A DNA stretch of 64,000 nt from Cetorhinus maximus (Eukaryota). The translations under genes were made by a program, and so were the position numbers. Location of the stretch: positions 52,204,001-52,268,000 of the forward strand of contig NC_135893.1 of assembly GCF_964194155.1 (NCBI RefSeq), read 5' to 3'. Under the pieces are notes generated by a model that ran no database searches, was not told where the DNA came from, and saw nothing but the letters and a program-made list of their open reading frames with translations. Below, piece by piece: positions 52,868 to 64,000 of this stretch (positions are counted from its first letter, which is position 1; every line of letters begins with the position of its first letter).

Positions 52868-53482
52868 GGGCCATAACTTCCCAGCTCCGGGGTGTCATAT
52901 CAGGGTAATACCCCAACGATGCGCTGGGGGAGCCCCCACTGGAAGTTCCCAGGTAAGGATTACACACAAGTTGCCCTGGAAGTGCAAACTTCCCATGGGC
53001 AATTGCCCTGCACTGGGAACCATCCAAAAATTGTGATTTAAATCGCAAACTTCAGATGGCTCTGACCGTCATACAGCAATAGTTACCCAGAACAAGTTAG
53101 AAGAATTAAAACCACTTCTAGCTTCTGGGTAACTATTGTACCGACCCTTACCAACATTCCCCCGACCTCCCCCCCATGGATGCCCCCCTCCATCCCCAAA
53201 TCCCCAGGGGACTCCCCCTACCCCCTGACTACCCTATGCCCAAGGGAATTCCCCCAACCCCTGACTACCAGATAGTGCACTTAAAAAAAAGGGGCATGGC
53301 CTCCTTCCCCCCCAATTCAGCAGCACTCAACTAAAGGCTTCAAGTAGCGCACTGCCCTACAAGTTCTCACTTGGCCTGAGTTGGAAGGTCAGGCAAGACA
53401 GGATCGAGAAAATTTTAAGATTAGCAAGTCGGAGCGGAGTGGTAACCCTTCTCTCACTGCCACTCCATGGAAGTTCAGGCCC
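52868..53482. mobile_element. Harbinger-type MITE
   Basis: TIRs GGGCCATAACTTCC and GGAAGTTCAGGCCC (12/14); TSD GAT. Confidence 0.75.
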
Positions 53483-53653
53483 GATATCTTATAGAAACAT
53501 AAAGGCTTGCAGCACTGAAGGTTGCCATTTCGCCTATTGTGCCTGTGCTGGTCCTATGAAAAAGTAGTCATGCTTAGTCCACAATGTAATATGGAGCATA
53601 AAGAAATCAAATAGGATATCAGGAAATATGTTTTTCAGTTTATCATATGCGTA

Positions 53654-54085
53654 CAGAACCTCAAATTCAGCGATTTGAAAACCAGTGATGTCTGAAAACC
53701 AGACTTTTTTTTAAGCGAGCCAGGCAAGAACTTTAGCTGAGTGAAAAAACATACTGGCTTCCTTGAGGAGTTGCTGTATCAGCACAGTGGCATGCTGAAT
53801 AGTTATCTATTTTGCATGCCTGACATTTTGAGTGGCTTCGCGACCCTTGACCCCACCCAACCTAGCTCGGAAAAGTTCAGGGAGTTGCTGCATCGCTGTA
53901 GATTTGTGTGCCTGTCGTTTCCCACACTCCGAGTGGCCGGAGCTATCCTTGGCCTGGAAGTGCTTTGCAATCATATCATTTGCTTTTCCTGTAACCCCAA
54001 TTCACTGAATCCAAGGGTTCCAATTTATTTTTCCGAAAACCGGCAAGTTCCGAAATCTGGCACAGTTGCCGGTTTTGATACACTG
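53654..54085. mobile_element. Tc1/mariner (pogo/Tigger-like) MITE
   Basis: TA|CAG...CTG|TA ends and repeated GAAAACC(A/G)G subterminal motifs. Confidence 0.55.
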
Positions 54086-57008
54086 TACCTGTATAACGTT
54101 ACATTATTTGCATCACAAATTGATATCATGGCTCTTTGCCAGGTTCCTCTTATTGCATGATGTTTTTTTTTGTATATTCCCTGACCTGAATGTCTCTTTT
54201 TGAAGTAATGCCGTCCCTTGCTGTCTTTAACAATTGAGAGCAGTTCCAAGCATTGTTCCAGTGCTGCTCTGTACTGTTCTCCTGGAGAGACTCACCACAG
54301 GTTTCAACTAAACAAGAGATGATGCTGTGCTCTGTATCTTCCTTTGACAAACAAGGCAAGGTTGCAACTCAAAATATTGGGAGTCAGATGCAAGTCTGTA
54401 ATTTGTCTCTCCATAGTATAGCATGTAGGTCTTAGACTGCTGTAAACTTCAATACCAACTTGAATAAAAAGTCATTCCCAGCACTTTGCAACATAAAGGT
54501 TTTCATTCAAAAACATCAAAAGCCATGGCATTAAGCTGTACATTTCTAAATTATGTATTTCAATAATGTCACACTTGCTGATCGTTAAATTCCAGCATTC
54601 AGCTGTCTCATTTTCAGTCTACGTGTCATGTTATTTCTTGAAGAGTTGATGCCATGCATATAGCATCAGCAGCATGAATAAAACAAGCCATCACTCTGCC
54701 AAGTTACTTCGGGTGGAAAAAGAGTGTAGCTTCTGTTACTAGTGTAGTGTTCTCAACTTCTGCATTGGATGGTTTCAGATTGCTATTAATAAACTACATT
54801 TAATGTAATTATATTGCTAATTTACTTATTGCCAATGCTGAAATTGGTAAATCAATAGTACCCTAAAGAGCTCTAAAAGGCAGATGGTGTTTTAGCAAAC
54901 ATTATATCTCCTACACGTAAATGTCCCTCAAACTGCTTATTAGTTGTAGCATGACAAAGTGCTGGGGCACAGCAAAAAAGAAGAGGGCAGGCAGTCCATG
55001 GTGTAACATTCTAGTGACTTTGTAATGCAGGAACAGATGTTGTTAAATGGCATTTCATTGTCTAAACAGTAGGTGCATTGAACATTGGCCTGAATTATCT
55101 GTTTAAATATCCAATATACAGCTCTGTGTTTTTGTTCTATGCCAAGCAAATAGCATTTTTCCTTTACCTGGTGCAATACAAATTCCTCTGAAGCCAGTTT
55201 GCAGTGACCTATCAACAACCTTGTACAAATTTCTGATTTGCGATTACCATGGCATGCAGACATCATGGATCCCATAACGTGGGCTAATAGTACAAATACT
55301 AAAGAGCACAAATGGCAGCACAAAACTTGATTTTCATGGGGCAAAGCGGCACCTCTTTGCTGAAGAATCCTGACAGTTCTTAGACACTCCACACCAGCAG
55401 CAGAGAGCTTGAAAAATTACTCTGATTTCTCAGGTTAAGAATACAAAGCGTGAGCATTGAAAGCATTTCAGAGCTGCTTCCAGGCAATTTCAGGAGAATC
55501 TGAAAGCACAAAAAAGCTCTGATAGATTGTGATGGCTTATGAATGAATAAGGAAGAACTCATGGAGATAAAAAGATCAGAGAACTATCCAAGCCAGAAGG
55601 AGAGGAAGAAGGAAAGAGCACAGTGAAATGGTTACTCCTGGAACAGTTAAAGGTGTTGGGAAATATGGGGTAGAGTGATTCAAGGAGTAATGGCAGATAT
55701 GCTACATGTAAGCAGGAGCCCATCGTTTGACCAACTATACACAACAGGCAGCTGCTGCCTCCAGGAGACCAAATAGAAAGTGTCTGTCAATATCTTTAAA
55801 TTGTCCTTTTGCAGGGTTCGGAAAGATCCCTAGGACCAGTCTGAAGCCATCCAAGACTCCGATCTACCAAATCCATATAGAACTGACCTTTGTTTTGACT
55901 TTTAAAAACTGCTTACACTATCCTCCAACTTTGCAACTTAAGTGTTTGTGTGTGTGTGTGAGAAAGAGAGGGAGAGTGAGTCAGAGCACTTTTACTATTT
56001 GTATTTAGATCGGGTGTTAAGTACAGTAAACACTATTCTCTTTTCTTTTAAAAACCTACAAGGAAACCTGCCTGTGTGTGTGTATCTTTTGCAGTCACTG
56101 CACTTAAACAGTTGAACACTCAATGAATTGGCAAATACTCTTTCTAAAAAAAACCCATTGCAGTTAAATGAGGCATGTGAAAAGAGTGGAGCCATTCTAC
56201 CCTTTCTCACCTGGTCGTAACGCAAACTTATTCTACAAAATCTTAAGCTACTCAATGTCCCACTCATATTTTAACTTGGCAACTGTAATGCTCCTAACAA
56301 CCACTGAATTAACTAGATCTAAGAACAATGCCCATTTTTATTGTCTCAATGGGCATAAACAAAATATAAAAGGTTACAAAGCTCATAGCATTTAATCCAT
56401 TTGATGTAAATTGTCCTGTTTCCATTTGGTCAGTTCTCTATAGTTGGAAGTTGCAAGATTGACCCAGCTCCCATGGTTTGCCATGGAGATGGTGGGGAAA
56501 AAATGGAACGGGCATTTCCAGATTAAATGTACTGCTTCCAATATGTGTTAAGTTTACAATCTTCTGTGTTATGTGAGGAAAAGAAGATGTAAAACAAGAA
56601 CAGTATTTTTGGGATGAGTATAGTTGGCAGAAAGATCTTCACACTGGGGTATAAAGTTGGTACAATTATGAGGTTTATAAGATTTTTGTGTTTTGGGACT
56701 GTGTCTTTAATTTAGGGCAAAGTGAAGAGGTCATGTGCCCTATTCTGGAGTCTGCCTGACAGCAAGCCTGGATGGTTTGATTGTTTTACTGGGAAAAAGG
56801 TACAAGGTGTTTACACTTGGAGACAATGGCAGCAGCCTTTGTGCTCACACAATTGTGAGTCTCCAAAGTCCCAGAAAGGTGTTGAGAATGTCAGGTTGTA
56901 AACAGTTGTGTTTTAAACTCTCTTTTAACTTCCAAGATAAAAGATAGTTGGGGTCTCCAGAATAGCTAATCAGCAACTCTACCTGGATACAAGGTCCATT
57001 TGGTTCAT

Positions 57009-57238
57009 AAAAACAAAAAACTACTGCAGATGCTGGAGATCCAAAACAAAAACAGAATTACCTGGAAAAACTCAGCAGGTCTGGCAGCATCAGCGGAGAA
57101 GAAAAGAGTTGACGTTTCGAGTACTCATGACCCTTCAACTCTGTTGAAGGGTCATGAGGACTCGAAACGTCAACTCTTTTCTTCTCCGCCGATGCTGCCA
57201 GACCTGCTGAGTTTTTCCAGGTAATTCTGTTTTTGTTT
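57009..57238. mobile_element. Young Penelope inverted pseudo-LTR pair (palindrome)
   Basis: Arms 57043-57139 and 57143-57239 with 2 mismatches; TSD TCCATTTGGTTCAT (56995-57008, 57239-57252). Confidence 0.9.
57141..57175 (+). ncRNA. Minimal type-I hammerhead ribozyme-like core (variant, stem I incomplete)
   Basis: CUGUUGA-A-GGGUC(augag)GACUC-GAAA-CGUC-AACUC. Confidence 0.6.
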
Positions 57239-58059
57239 TCCATTTGGTTCATGTTGCCTTGGTGATGGGCTTTGAGATGGGAAGGGCACAGAGGGAGCCA
57301 TTGTGATATCAGGTTACAGGCTTTCCTAAAATATCACTGAATATCACACCCAGATTAGTCTGCCAGGGCCTGGGAGACAGGGAGAGCAGCTAGAGTCCAA
57401 AAATCTCTATGGTTTATTGCACCAAAATGTGGGTGGAAGCTTTCAGATTGAAAAGACCGAATTTGTGCAGAGTTAAAATGGAGCTGGAAGATTTGCCTAG
57501 CTTGCACCAGAGGGAGGATCTCCAGTAATACTCTCAACATGAAGGACAGTTCTGGAGTTAAAAGCTACCAGGGTGAGAAAGGAAAAGAACAGAAGTAAAC
57601 CACACGAGAACTAAGAATGATTTTGAACTGATTCTGGGAGAATTGGATGTCTACTTAAAGGACAGTGTAACATAAACCGGATAGGATTTTTCAGTTGTGT
57701 TAAAAATAAGAAGGGAGAGGGGTATTCATTCTATGGTTTAAAGTATACATAGTCTACAAAAATAGTGTTTAGTTAATAGTCTTATTAGTATTTTGTTAAA
57801 GTAAATGTCTTAAAACATGAAATCTTGGTCATGTCATCCTTTCAGCTATTAACTGGAAGTTCAAATTTCTTTTTAAAAGTTATTGGTCTCTATGGAGATT
57901 GTAACAAAGTAAATATTATTGTCTAATTAGATTTAAACAGGAGACACCACAGTGAAATCAATACCTTGCAAACCAGCCTGTAAAGGATCCAATAAATTCA
58001 GAAAGAGTGCTTTGATAGCATCCAGCTTTGATGAATCAGCAGAGTCCCACATAGTCCAT

Positions 58060-58410
58060 CCGATGATGTGTCAGTTTGGCTTAGCTCCTGACACACTCAT
58101 TTGAGTTGGAAGGTCAAACAACCAAGCCACATTGCAGGGCATATGCGCCATAAGCTGACACCACAGTGCAGTATGGAAGGAACACTGCATTGTCACAGTT
58201 GTCATGGTCTAGATGAAAGGTTAAGCCAAGGTTTGTTCTAATAGTTTCAGTGGATATTAAGAAACATCCCGTGGCACAATTCATAGAAAAACAAGTGATT
58301 CCACATTGCCTTGGCCAGTGTTTCTCAACCTCAACAAAAGAAAAACAGATTGACCTTATTTTTGGTTGATTGCTTGTACAGAATGTTTGCTGCAGCTGCT
58401 TGCATAATAA
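58060..58410 (+). mobile_element. Degenerate DeuSINE
   Basis: Loose colinear similarity to 31770-32100. Confidence 0.5.
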
Positions 58411-58629
58411 GTGTTGAAAAATGGTGCTAGGAAAGGCCATTTAGCTCATTTAGATTGTTTCATTGAGATCGGTGGGGGGGCGGTGATAACTCAAATTGGT
58501 TTGTCAAAAATTATGGATCAAACAGTGGAACAGTGTAATGGGATATATTCAAAATATGAAATGAATAAATACGGATTAAATAAGTGCTGTCTAGAAGTAA
58601 AAAGTTGTGTCACATGCTTGGGTTCCATT

Positions 58630-59880
58630 GATAAACTGAGAGATTTAAAACAATAACAACAGCATCTCTCAATGTGTTTGGTGCCTTCTCCAGTTTGGTT
58701 GGTCACAGCCAGGGACTCCCATGAGTTGGCGAAGACGTTTGACCTCTTTAGGCATGTTTTGAGGACATTGCTAAAGTGTTCCCGCTGTTCTCCTGCGAGT
58801 CTCCTGCTGTAATTGAGTTCTGAGAAGAGCAGTTGTTTCGGGAGTCTGGTGTCAGGCATACGAACAAATGGCCTGCTCAGGGGTTCTGATATTGAGTGAT
58901 TAACGCCTCGATGCTGGGTGTGTTAGCTTGTGTTATGGACAGCAGAGCATAAAACTAAACTTCTTTATCCTCTTCTCAACTGTCCATAAGCAAAGGCATT
59001 TTTTGAATTCTTTTTAAAGTAGGGCTGTGGCGTGTTTCCCAAACCCTCAGTTTGTGTGGTCCAATTTTATAGGTAATATGCAGCAAACTCTCCTTATGAT
59101 TACCTTAGAAGGTTAGTTTATTTCATATTTAAATCCAGGGGGGATTGTTCACTCTCACATACACACATGCACATGCACACACACACGCACACATACACAC
59201 ACGCAAAATCAAACAATCTTTGAGGAGTTGAGAGATGGTTGCCAGTTGCTTTGTCAGATGGGACATCTTCTGGAGTTCTTTCCGATTGGTGTTAAATCAG
59301 CAGACTGAGCTGTGAGGCTAGAAATATAATATAAATATGGTCCAAAAGACTAGGAACATGAGGTCATGTGACATGGCCCATTAATGAGTTAATTGCAGCC
59401 TCGCAAGCAGTTTCTGTGCTTCTGGACAAAATCCATTGTTTCCCTTAGGAGCAAAATGGTGGCAGGTAACACCTCTTTAGGTATAACGAGTTTCACTATC
59501 TCTGTCTTTGTTATCATCCCAGCTGGGGAGAGTCAGTTTGCCTGTTAGTCATCTAATTATGTGACTATAATGTAGCCTTACGATATGGTGTGATGAGATG
59601 GAACTCTTATGTTCTTGTAATCTCTGTTGGAAGTTTCTAGAACAGATGGCCAATCTTGAGTCATGTGACCTGTAGCAGCCATTTTGTGGTTCAACAAAAG
59701 TCCATTTTAAAAATAGCAAAAAATAATAAAGTTTTGAAATGCACAGTTTTGGTTTATCTTCAGGTCTTATTGGCACGACTCTTGGAAGAGGATATTGCTG
59801 TTAAACTGCCTTTCTTGGCACTGAATTGGAGGATCTTGTGAAGACACTGCTGGTGGCACTTCTCTACTGTCATGTGGAAT
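58630..59880 (-). mobile_element. RTE-clade LINE 3' fragment split by a solo LTR
   Basis: RMPDTRLPKQLLFSEL...WESLA; the RTE sequence resumes at 59781. Confidence 0.75.
58931..59780. mobile_element. Probable solo LTR with a CA microsatellite
   Basis: Starts TGTTATGG; TSD CTTG (58927-58930, 59781-59784); the right terminus is decayed. Confidence 0.6.
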
Positions 59881-59944
59881 GGTGTGATTGGAAAAGAAGG
59901 AGTAGGGAAATCAAACTCTAACTCCTCTTGACAAAATGTCTAGA

Positions 59945-60560
59945 ACATGACCTTGTCATAACCAACACACTGCTCCAGCAGTGAGACAAGCAGAAGACCT
60001 CATGGCAACACCCACGGTCCAAACACTGGCATTTGCTCAACATCGTTTGAGCAAAGGACCACATTACCTGTGCCATGATAGATACTGATGACTGCTGGAT
60101 GAACCACCGCCTTATCTGATCCACAATCTCCATCAGCCTGGCCCCCAAAAAATGGAGGCAACAGAAGTGCTGCCACAAGAAAATTAACATTGAAGACCTT
60201 AAGGTGGCTCTTCTTGGTCAGTGCCTCACTGCTAACCCCTCAAGCTCTAGCCACCAGGAGCTACATTGTCTGGTCAAACCTAAAGTCTAGCATAACAAGC
60301 ACCTGCAGAGAGGTCCTTGGTTTCTCTACCATAAAACATTGTGACGGGCTTAATTAAAACAACCAAGAGATACAGAACCTAATCGAGTGTAAACACAAAG
60401 TTTTCATTGACTGGAAACTTCACCACCCCTCAAGAGAAATGCAGCAGTCCTACAGATGTCTGACGTCAACAGTACAGCATAAAACTTGCAATATGCCTCT
60501 ACTTATCATGCCAAGAAACCCGTAGACTGTTTTAAACAACCTTCTCAACTTGTCTTACCA
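59945..60560 (+). mobile_element. RTE-clade LINE endonuclease fragment
   Basis: LVITNT...KTSWQHPRSKHWHLL motif. Confidence 0.75.
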
Positions 60561-60659
60561 CCGTCAAATATTTGTATTTCTGAATCTGCAGGTTTCTCTG
60601 AATCTTAACCTCTTTGAGATTCTGATGTTAGACTTCCCTTTTCTTTGGGCTTAGGAACA

Positions 60660-61095
60660 AGAAAAATATATCAAAGTTTGTTCATGATGCTAAATTAGGG
60701 GCTGTTGGCAAACTTTGAGAAAGATTTCTCAGCCTACATACCTGTCTTCCTGAAAAGGGATGGAATTGCAAAATAATTGTTTTATTAAAAAGAACAGATA
60801 AAATAAATTTATCCAAAAAGATTCTTAGCAGTATGGAGAAACAGAGATCAATGGGTACAGTTACTTAGGTCTTTAAACATAGGAATGCAGGTTGAATAGT
60901 AAAATAGACTCTGGAAACATTGAGTATAAAACTAAGAAAAAGACAATGAATTGTATGAGACATTCGCTTGGTCAGTGTCAGGGGATTCCCATGCACCCAA
61001 CCAAGGAAAGGATATTAAAGTCAAGGAAAGCATACAATCAAGATTTACTAGAATGATACTGAGAATCAGAAGATAAAGATTGGAAGATAGATGTA
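60660..61095 (+). mobile_element. Highly decayed CR1 RT fragment
   Basis: KFVHDAKLG (FADD-like) and RFTRMI blocks. Confidence 0.5.
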
Positions 61096-61769
61096 AGGAA
61101 GCAGAAATAAAGTATATAAGTTCAGTTTAAGAGCTAGCATCGACACAAAATCTTTTTTGTGTGCTTTAATTTCTATGATTCCTAAAGTAATTCATTTCTC
61201 TATAACCTTCAAATGCCCACCTGAACAGATTTCAATCTGGCTCCTTTGTAAATGTGTCAAATGACTTCAAATCAATGATCTTCTCTGGTAGTTTGTTCCA
61301 TGGGTCCACCATTCCTGTAGGTGGGGAGGGGGGAGGGAGGGAATGGGTGGGAACGTTTTTTTTTTGCCTTCCAAAGTCATTCATTGTACTTTTAATTATT
61401 TCTGAGAGACTCAATAAGGCGCTGTATGAATACAAGTCTTGCTTTCTAATTAAGAACTTCAAAATTGTTTATCATCCAGTACACGTAATCATCTGGATTG
61501 GATTAGGACAGATTTATGGTCTAATGCAGCGTAGCATGGCCAACAGAAGTAGGCAGATAGAGGAGCGAGCCAGCCTGCTGCTTATATGTTGTCTCATTAT
61601 GAGACCATGTCTGCTCACCTGGGTCTGGTAATACTGCAGCCTGCCAAGTCTGTCTGACTGCTGTCACTGGACTTACTGGAGGGGAATTATGATCTGCGAG
61701 GCAGCAAAGAGTTTTTGAGTGTTGGAACACATCACAAAACAATTTATCATGGAACATGGAGGGATATAC

Positions 61770-62238
61770 TTGCTTCAGAGGCAGCTTAGAGGAGGTTCAC
61801 TAGTTTGATTCCTAAAAGTTGAACTGGTTAGGCCTATATTCATTGGCGTTTAAAAGAATGGGAGATAATCTTATTGAAACACAGAAGATTCTGAGCAGGC
61901 TTAACAAGGTAGATGCTGGGAGGATGTTTCCCCTTGTGGGGGAATCTAGAAATCGGGATTATAATTTCAGAATAAGGGGTCACCCATTTAAGATGGAGAT
62001 GGGGGGGAATTTCTTCCCTCACATGATCATAAATCCTTGGAATTATTTGGAGGCTGAGTCATTGAATATATTTAAGGCTGTGATATACAGATTTTTGAAT
62101 AATAGCAGACTGAAGGGTTATGGGAACATGAAATGGAGTTGAGGCCAAGATCAGATCAGCCATTATCCTATTGAATGGTGGAGCAGTCTCGAGGAGCCAA
62201 ATGGCCTACTCTTGCTCTTATTTTCTTACGTTCTTATG
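61770..62238 (+). mobile_element. CR1 3' end
   Basis: LGLYSL..KRM..NLIETQKIL...MFPLVGESR plus CR1 3' UTR. Confidence 0.85.
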
Positions 62239-63077
62239 TAATAATTTGAGAAGTATGGCTTTTCAACAAGTCAGCTCTTAAGGCCAAGGATTTGGATTTG
62301 TTATCCCATCCGCTGTTAAATTACATTAGAACATAAAGGTACAGTGACACTAAGATTTTGGTGAACAATTTGCTGGCCTTCAGAACTGCCTTTTTTCTGT
62401 TGCCTGTAGCAGAGGGAAATAGCCCAGCTTTTTCTGTCAATATTGTCTTTGCATTATGACCAGCCTTTGACTACTGTTATTGACACTAGTTGTTTGCTGC
62501 AAGCAAAGATGGAAAAGAGCAAGGAGAGCATGCTTTGGATTGAACTAGTTCATTACTATTTTATTTAGAGGTAATATCAGGGCACCAGACTAAAGTTAGA
62601 AATGGAAGATACAGAACTGCACAAACATTAAACCTTTGGGAAAGAAAGTTATGCTGGTGAAACTATACTTGTGTTCTTACAGTAAAGTGGGAATTGCAAC
62701 ACTGCATTCAATCGATGTTTAAATCATCAGCAGAAAATGGAATCAAAGTACTTGCTCTGTCCAGTTCATTGTCTGCATGTAGAGATCTCCCAAAGCATGC
62801 AATGGTATAAATTAATTACTTTGTCCATGGAGGTTCCTTCTTTACTAGCTTGTTGAATTCTGCCCAATATGATATGCTGTTTGATATACGAGAGAATGGA
62901 TGCGTACACTCTATGTTTTTTTCCCCCTCACTGTGCATCCTCAGGGCTGAAATCAAGGATTATTGCAGTATTCTTACTCTAATTAATTCGCTTTTAGGAC
63001 CTCAAATCTATGGAATTCCACAACTCTCACAGCCTTCCCTTCAAACTAAAATCCACAGGCAACACAAAAACCCAATG

Positions 63078-63325
63078 AACATATGAATTAGGAGCAAGAG
63101 CAGGCCATTAGGCTGCTCGAGCCTGCCCTGCCATTCAACAAGAACATGGCTGATCTGATTGTAACCTCCTGCCTACCATTGATAATCTTTCACCCCCTTC
63201 CTTATCAAGAATCCAACTACCTCTGCATTAAAAATATTCAAAGACTCTGTTTCCACTGCCTTTTGAGGAAGAGAGCTCCAAAGACTCACAGATCCTCTGA
63301 GAGAAAATGTTTCTCCTCATCTCCT
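63078..63325 (-). mobile_element. CR1 3' end
   Basis: Close match to 46195-46447. Confidence 0.85.
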
Positions 63326-63743
63326 CAATGCATCACCTAATTAGGACTACTTGATTTGCCTCATGTGCTTTTTCATTTTAAGCTTCTCAACCGAAGTGAT
63401 GTTGATGAATATTGGCTTTTAAATCTAAGTTTTTCAATAAAAAGAAAATGTGAGGCTGGATGAATAACAATCTAGCAATGAGATCCTTCATTATAAATGC
63501 CATTGGTGTGGAACTGGAGGCCTAGGAATTTGATCATGCTTGGAAATGAGCACACATGCACTTGTTTGCCTGGTAACAGGGGGCTGCCAACTCACTATCA
63601 TCAGTCAGAGGCCGCACACGTCTTCAAGGGTACAGGAAATGAGGCAACTGAATGCCGCTTACAAGCAGTCAGCATCTCTTAGAGGGGAGGTACACCATGG
63701 CATCGGACAGTAGGGACAGTAAAATATTATTAGAAGGTGTGCA

Positions 63744-63957
63744 GAGAGGGCATCCAGGTTTGCAGATGCAACATTAGAAGCTCTCATCCAGGCTATCAAC
63801 AGGGGAAGGGAGATTCCACTGCTCCCAGGAGGAAGTCAGCCCTCCAGGCACTTCAACTATTACGGCGGCCACTAAAGAGGCCAATGTGATGAGTTTAGCT
63901 TCCAGGACTTGATGGCAATGCGAAAAAAGTTCAATTACCTCACCAGATCTGTCAAAG
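63744..63957 (+). pseudogene. Harbinger Myb/SANT-like exon remnant (different subfamily)
   Basis: RASRFADATLEALIQAINRGREI...SRT*WQC..KFNYLTRSVK. Confidence 0.65.
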
Positions 63958-64000
63958 TCTTACCTCTCACCCTAACTGCTTTCTCCTCACACCTACACCT

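Larger units (their letters stand above)
56658..57906 (+). mobile_element. Solo LTR hosting a Penelope palindrome
   Basis: TGGTACAAT...ATTGTAACA; 4-bp TSD AAGT (56654-56657, 57907-57910). Confidence 0.8.

Noticed and set aside
55168-55298. Possible 131-nt minus-strand exon (tttAG...CAG|GTaaag; FVLLAHVMGSMMSACHGNRK...)
   Set aside because: Weak polypyrimidine tract and an unrecognisable peptide; such site pairs arise by chance.
57000-57252. Two near-identical antiparallel ORFs, or a miRNA/terminator hairpin
   Set aside because: They are a by-product of the Penelope palindrome.
1-64000. CRISPR array, operon, prophage or other prokaryotic system
   Set aside because: There are no regularly spaced direct repeats and no dense long ORFs; the content is vertebrate repetitive DNA.

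Overview
Eukaryotic, repeat-rich, essentially non-coding vertebrate DNA. The repeat content (SacSINE1-type DeuSINEs, shark-type CR1/L2/RTE LINEs, Neptune-type Penelope elements) points to a cartilaginous fish (shark); this is inference. I see no intact protein-coding gene, rRNA, tRNA gene or CRISPR array, and the supplied ORFs are transposon remnants or chance ORFs. The window is a nested stack of CR1/L2/RTE LINEs, SINEs, four solo LTRs with 4-bp TSDs, Penelope elements and at least 15 PIF/Harbinger-type non-autonomous elements, three with Myb/SANT remnants. Highlights: (1) an intronless mosaic of host coiled-coil gene fragments (UACA-like, unknown, TPR-like) fused to a Gypsy 3' end and LTR at 36.4-39.1 kb; (2) a young, near-perfect 197-bp Penelope palindrome with a 14-bp TSD and a variant hammerhead ribozyme core at 57.0-57.25 kb; (3) a LINE with a tRNA-derived head and no visible ORF1; (4) a MITE family whose internal hairpins show compensatory substitutions; (5) a candidate 33-nt minus-strand microexon at 25399-25431. 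Protein family and gene assignments come from remembered motifs and sequences, not database searches.
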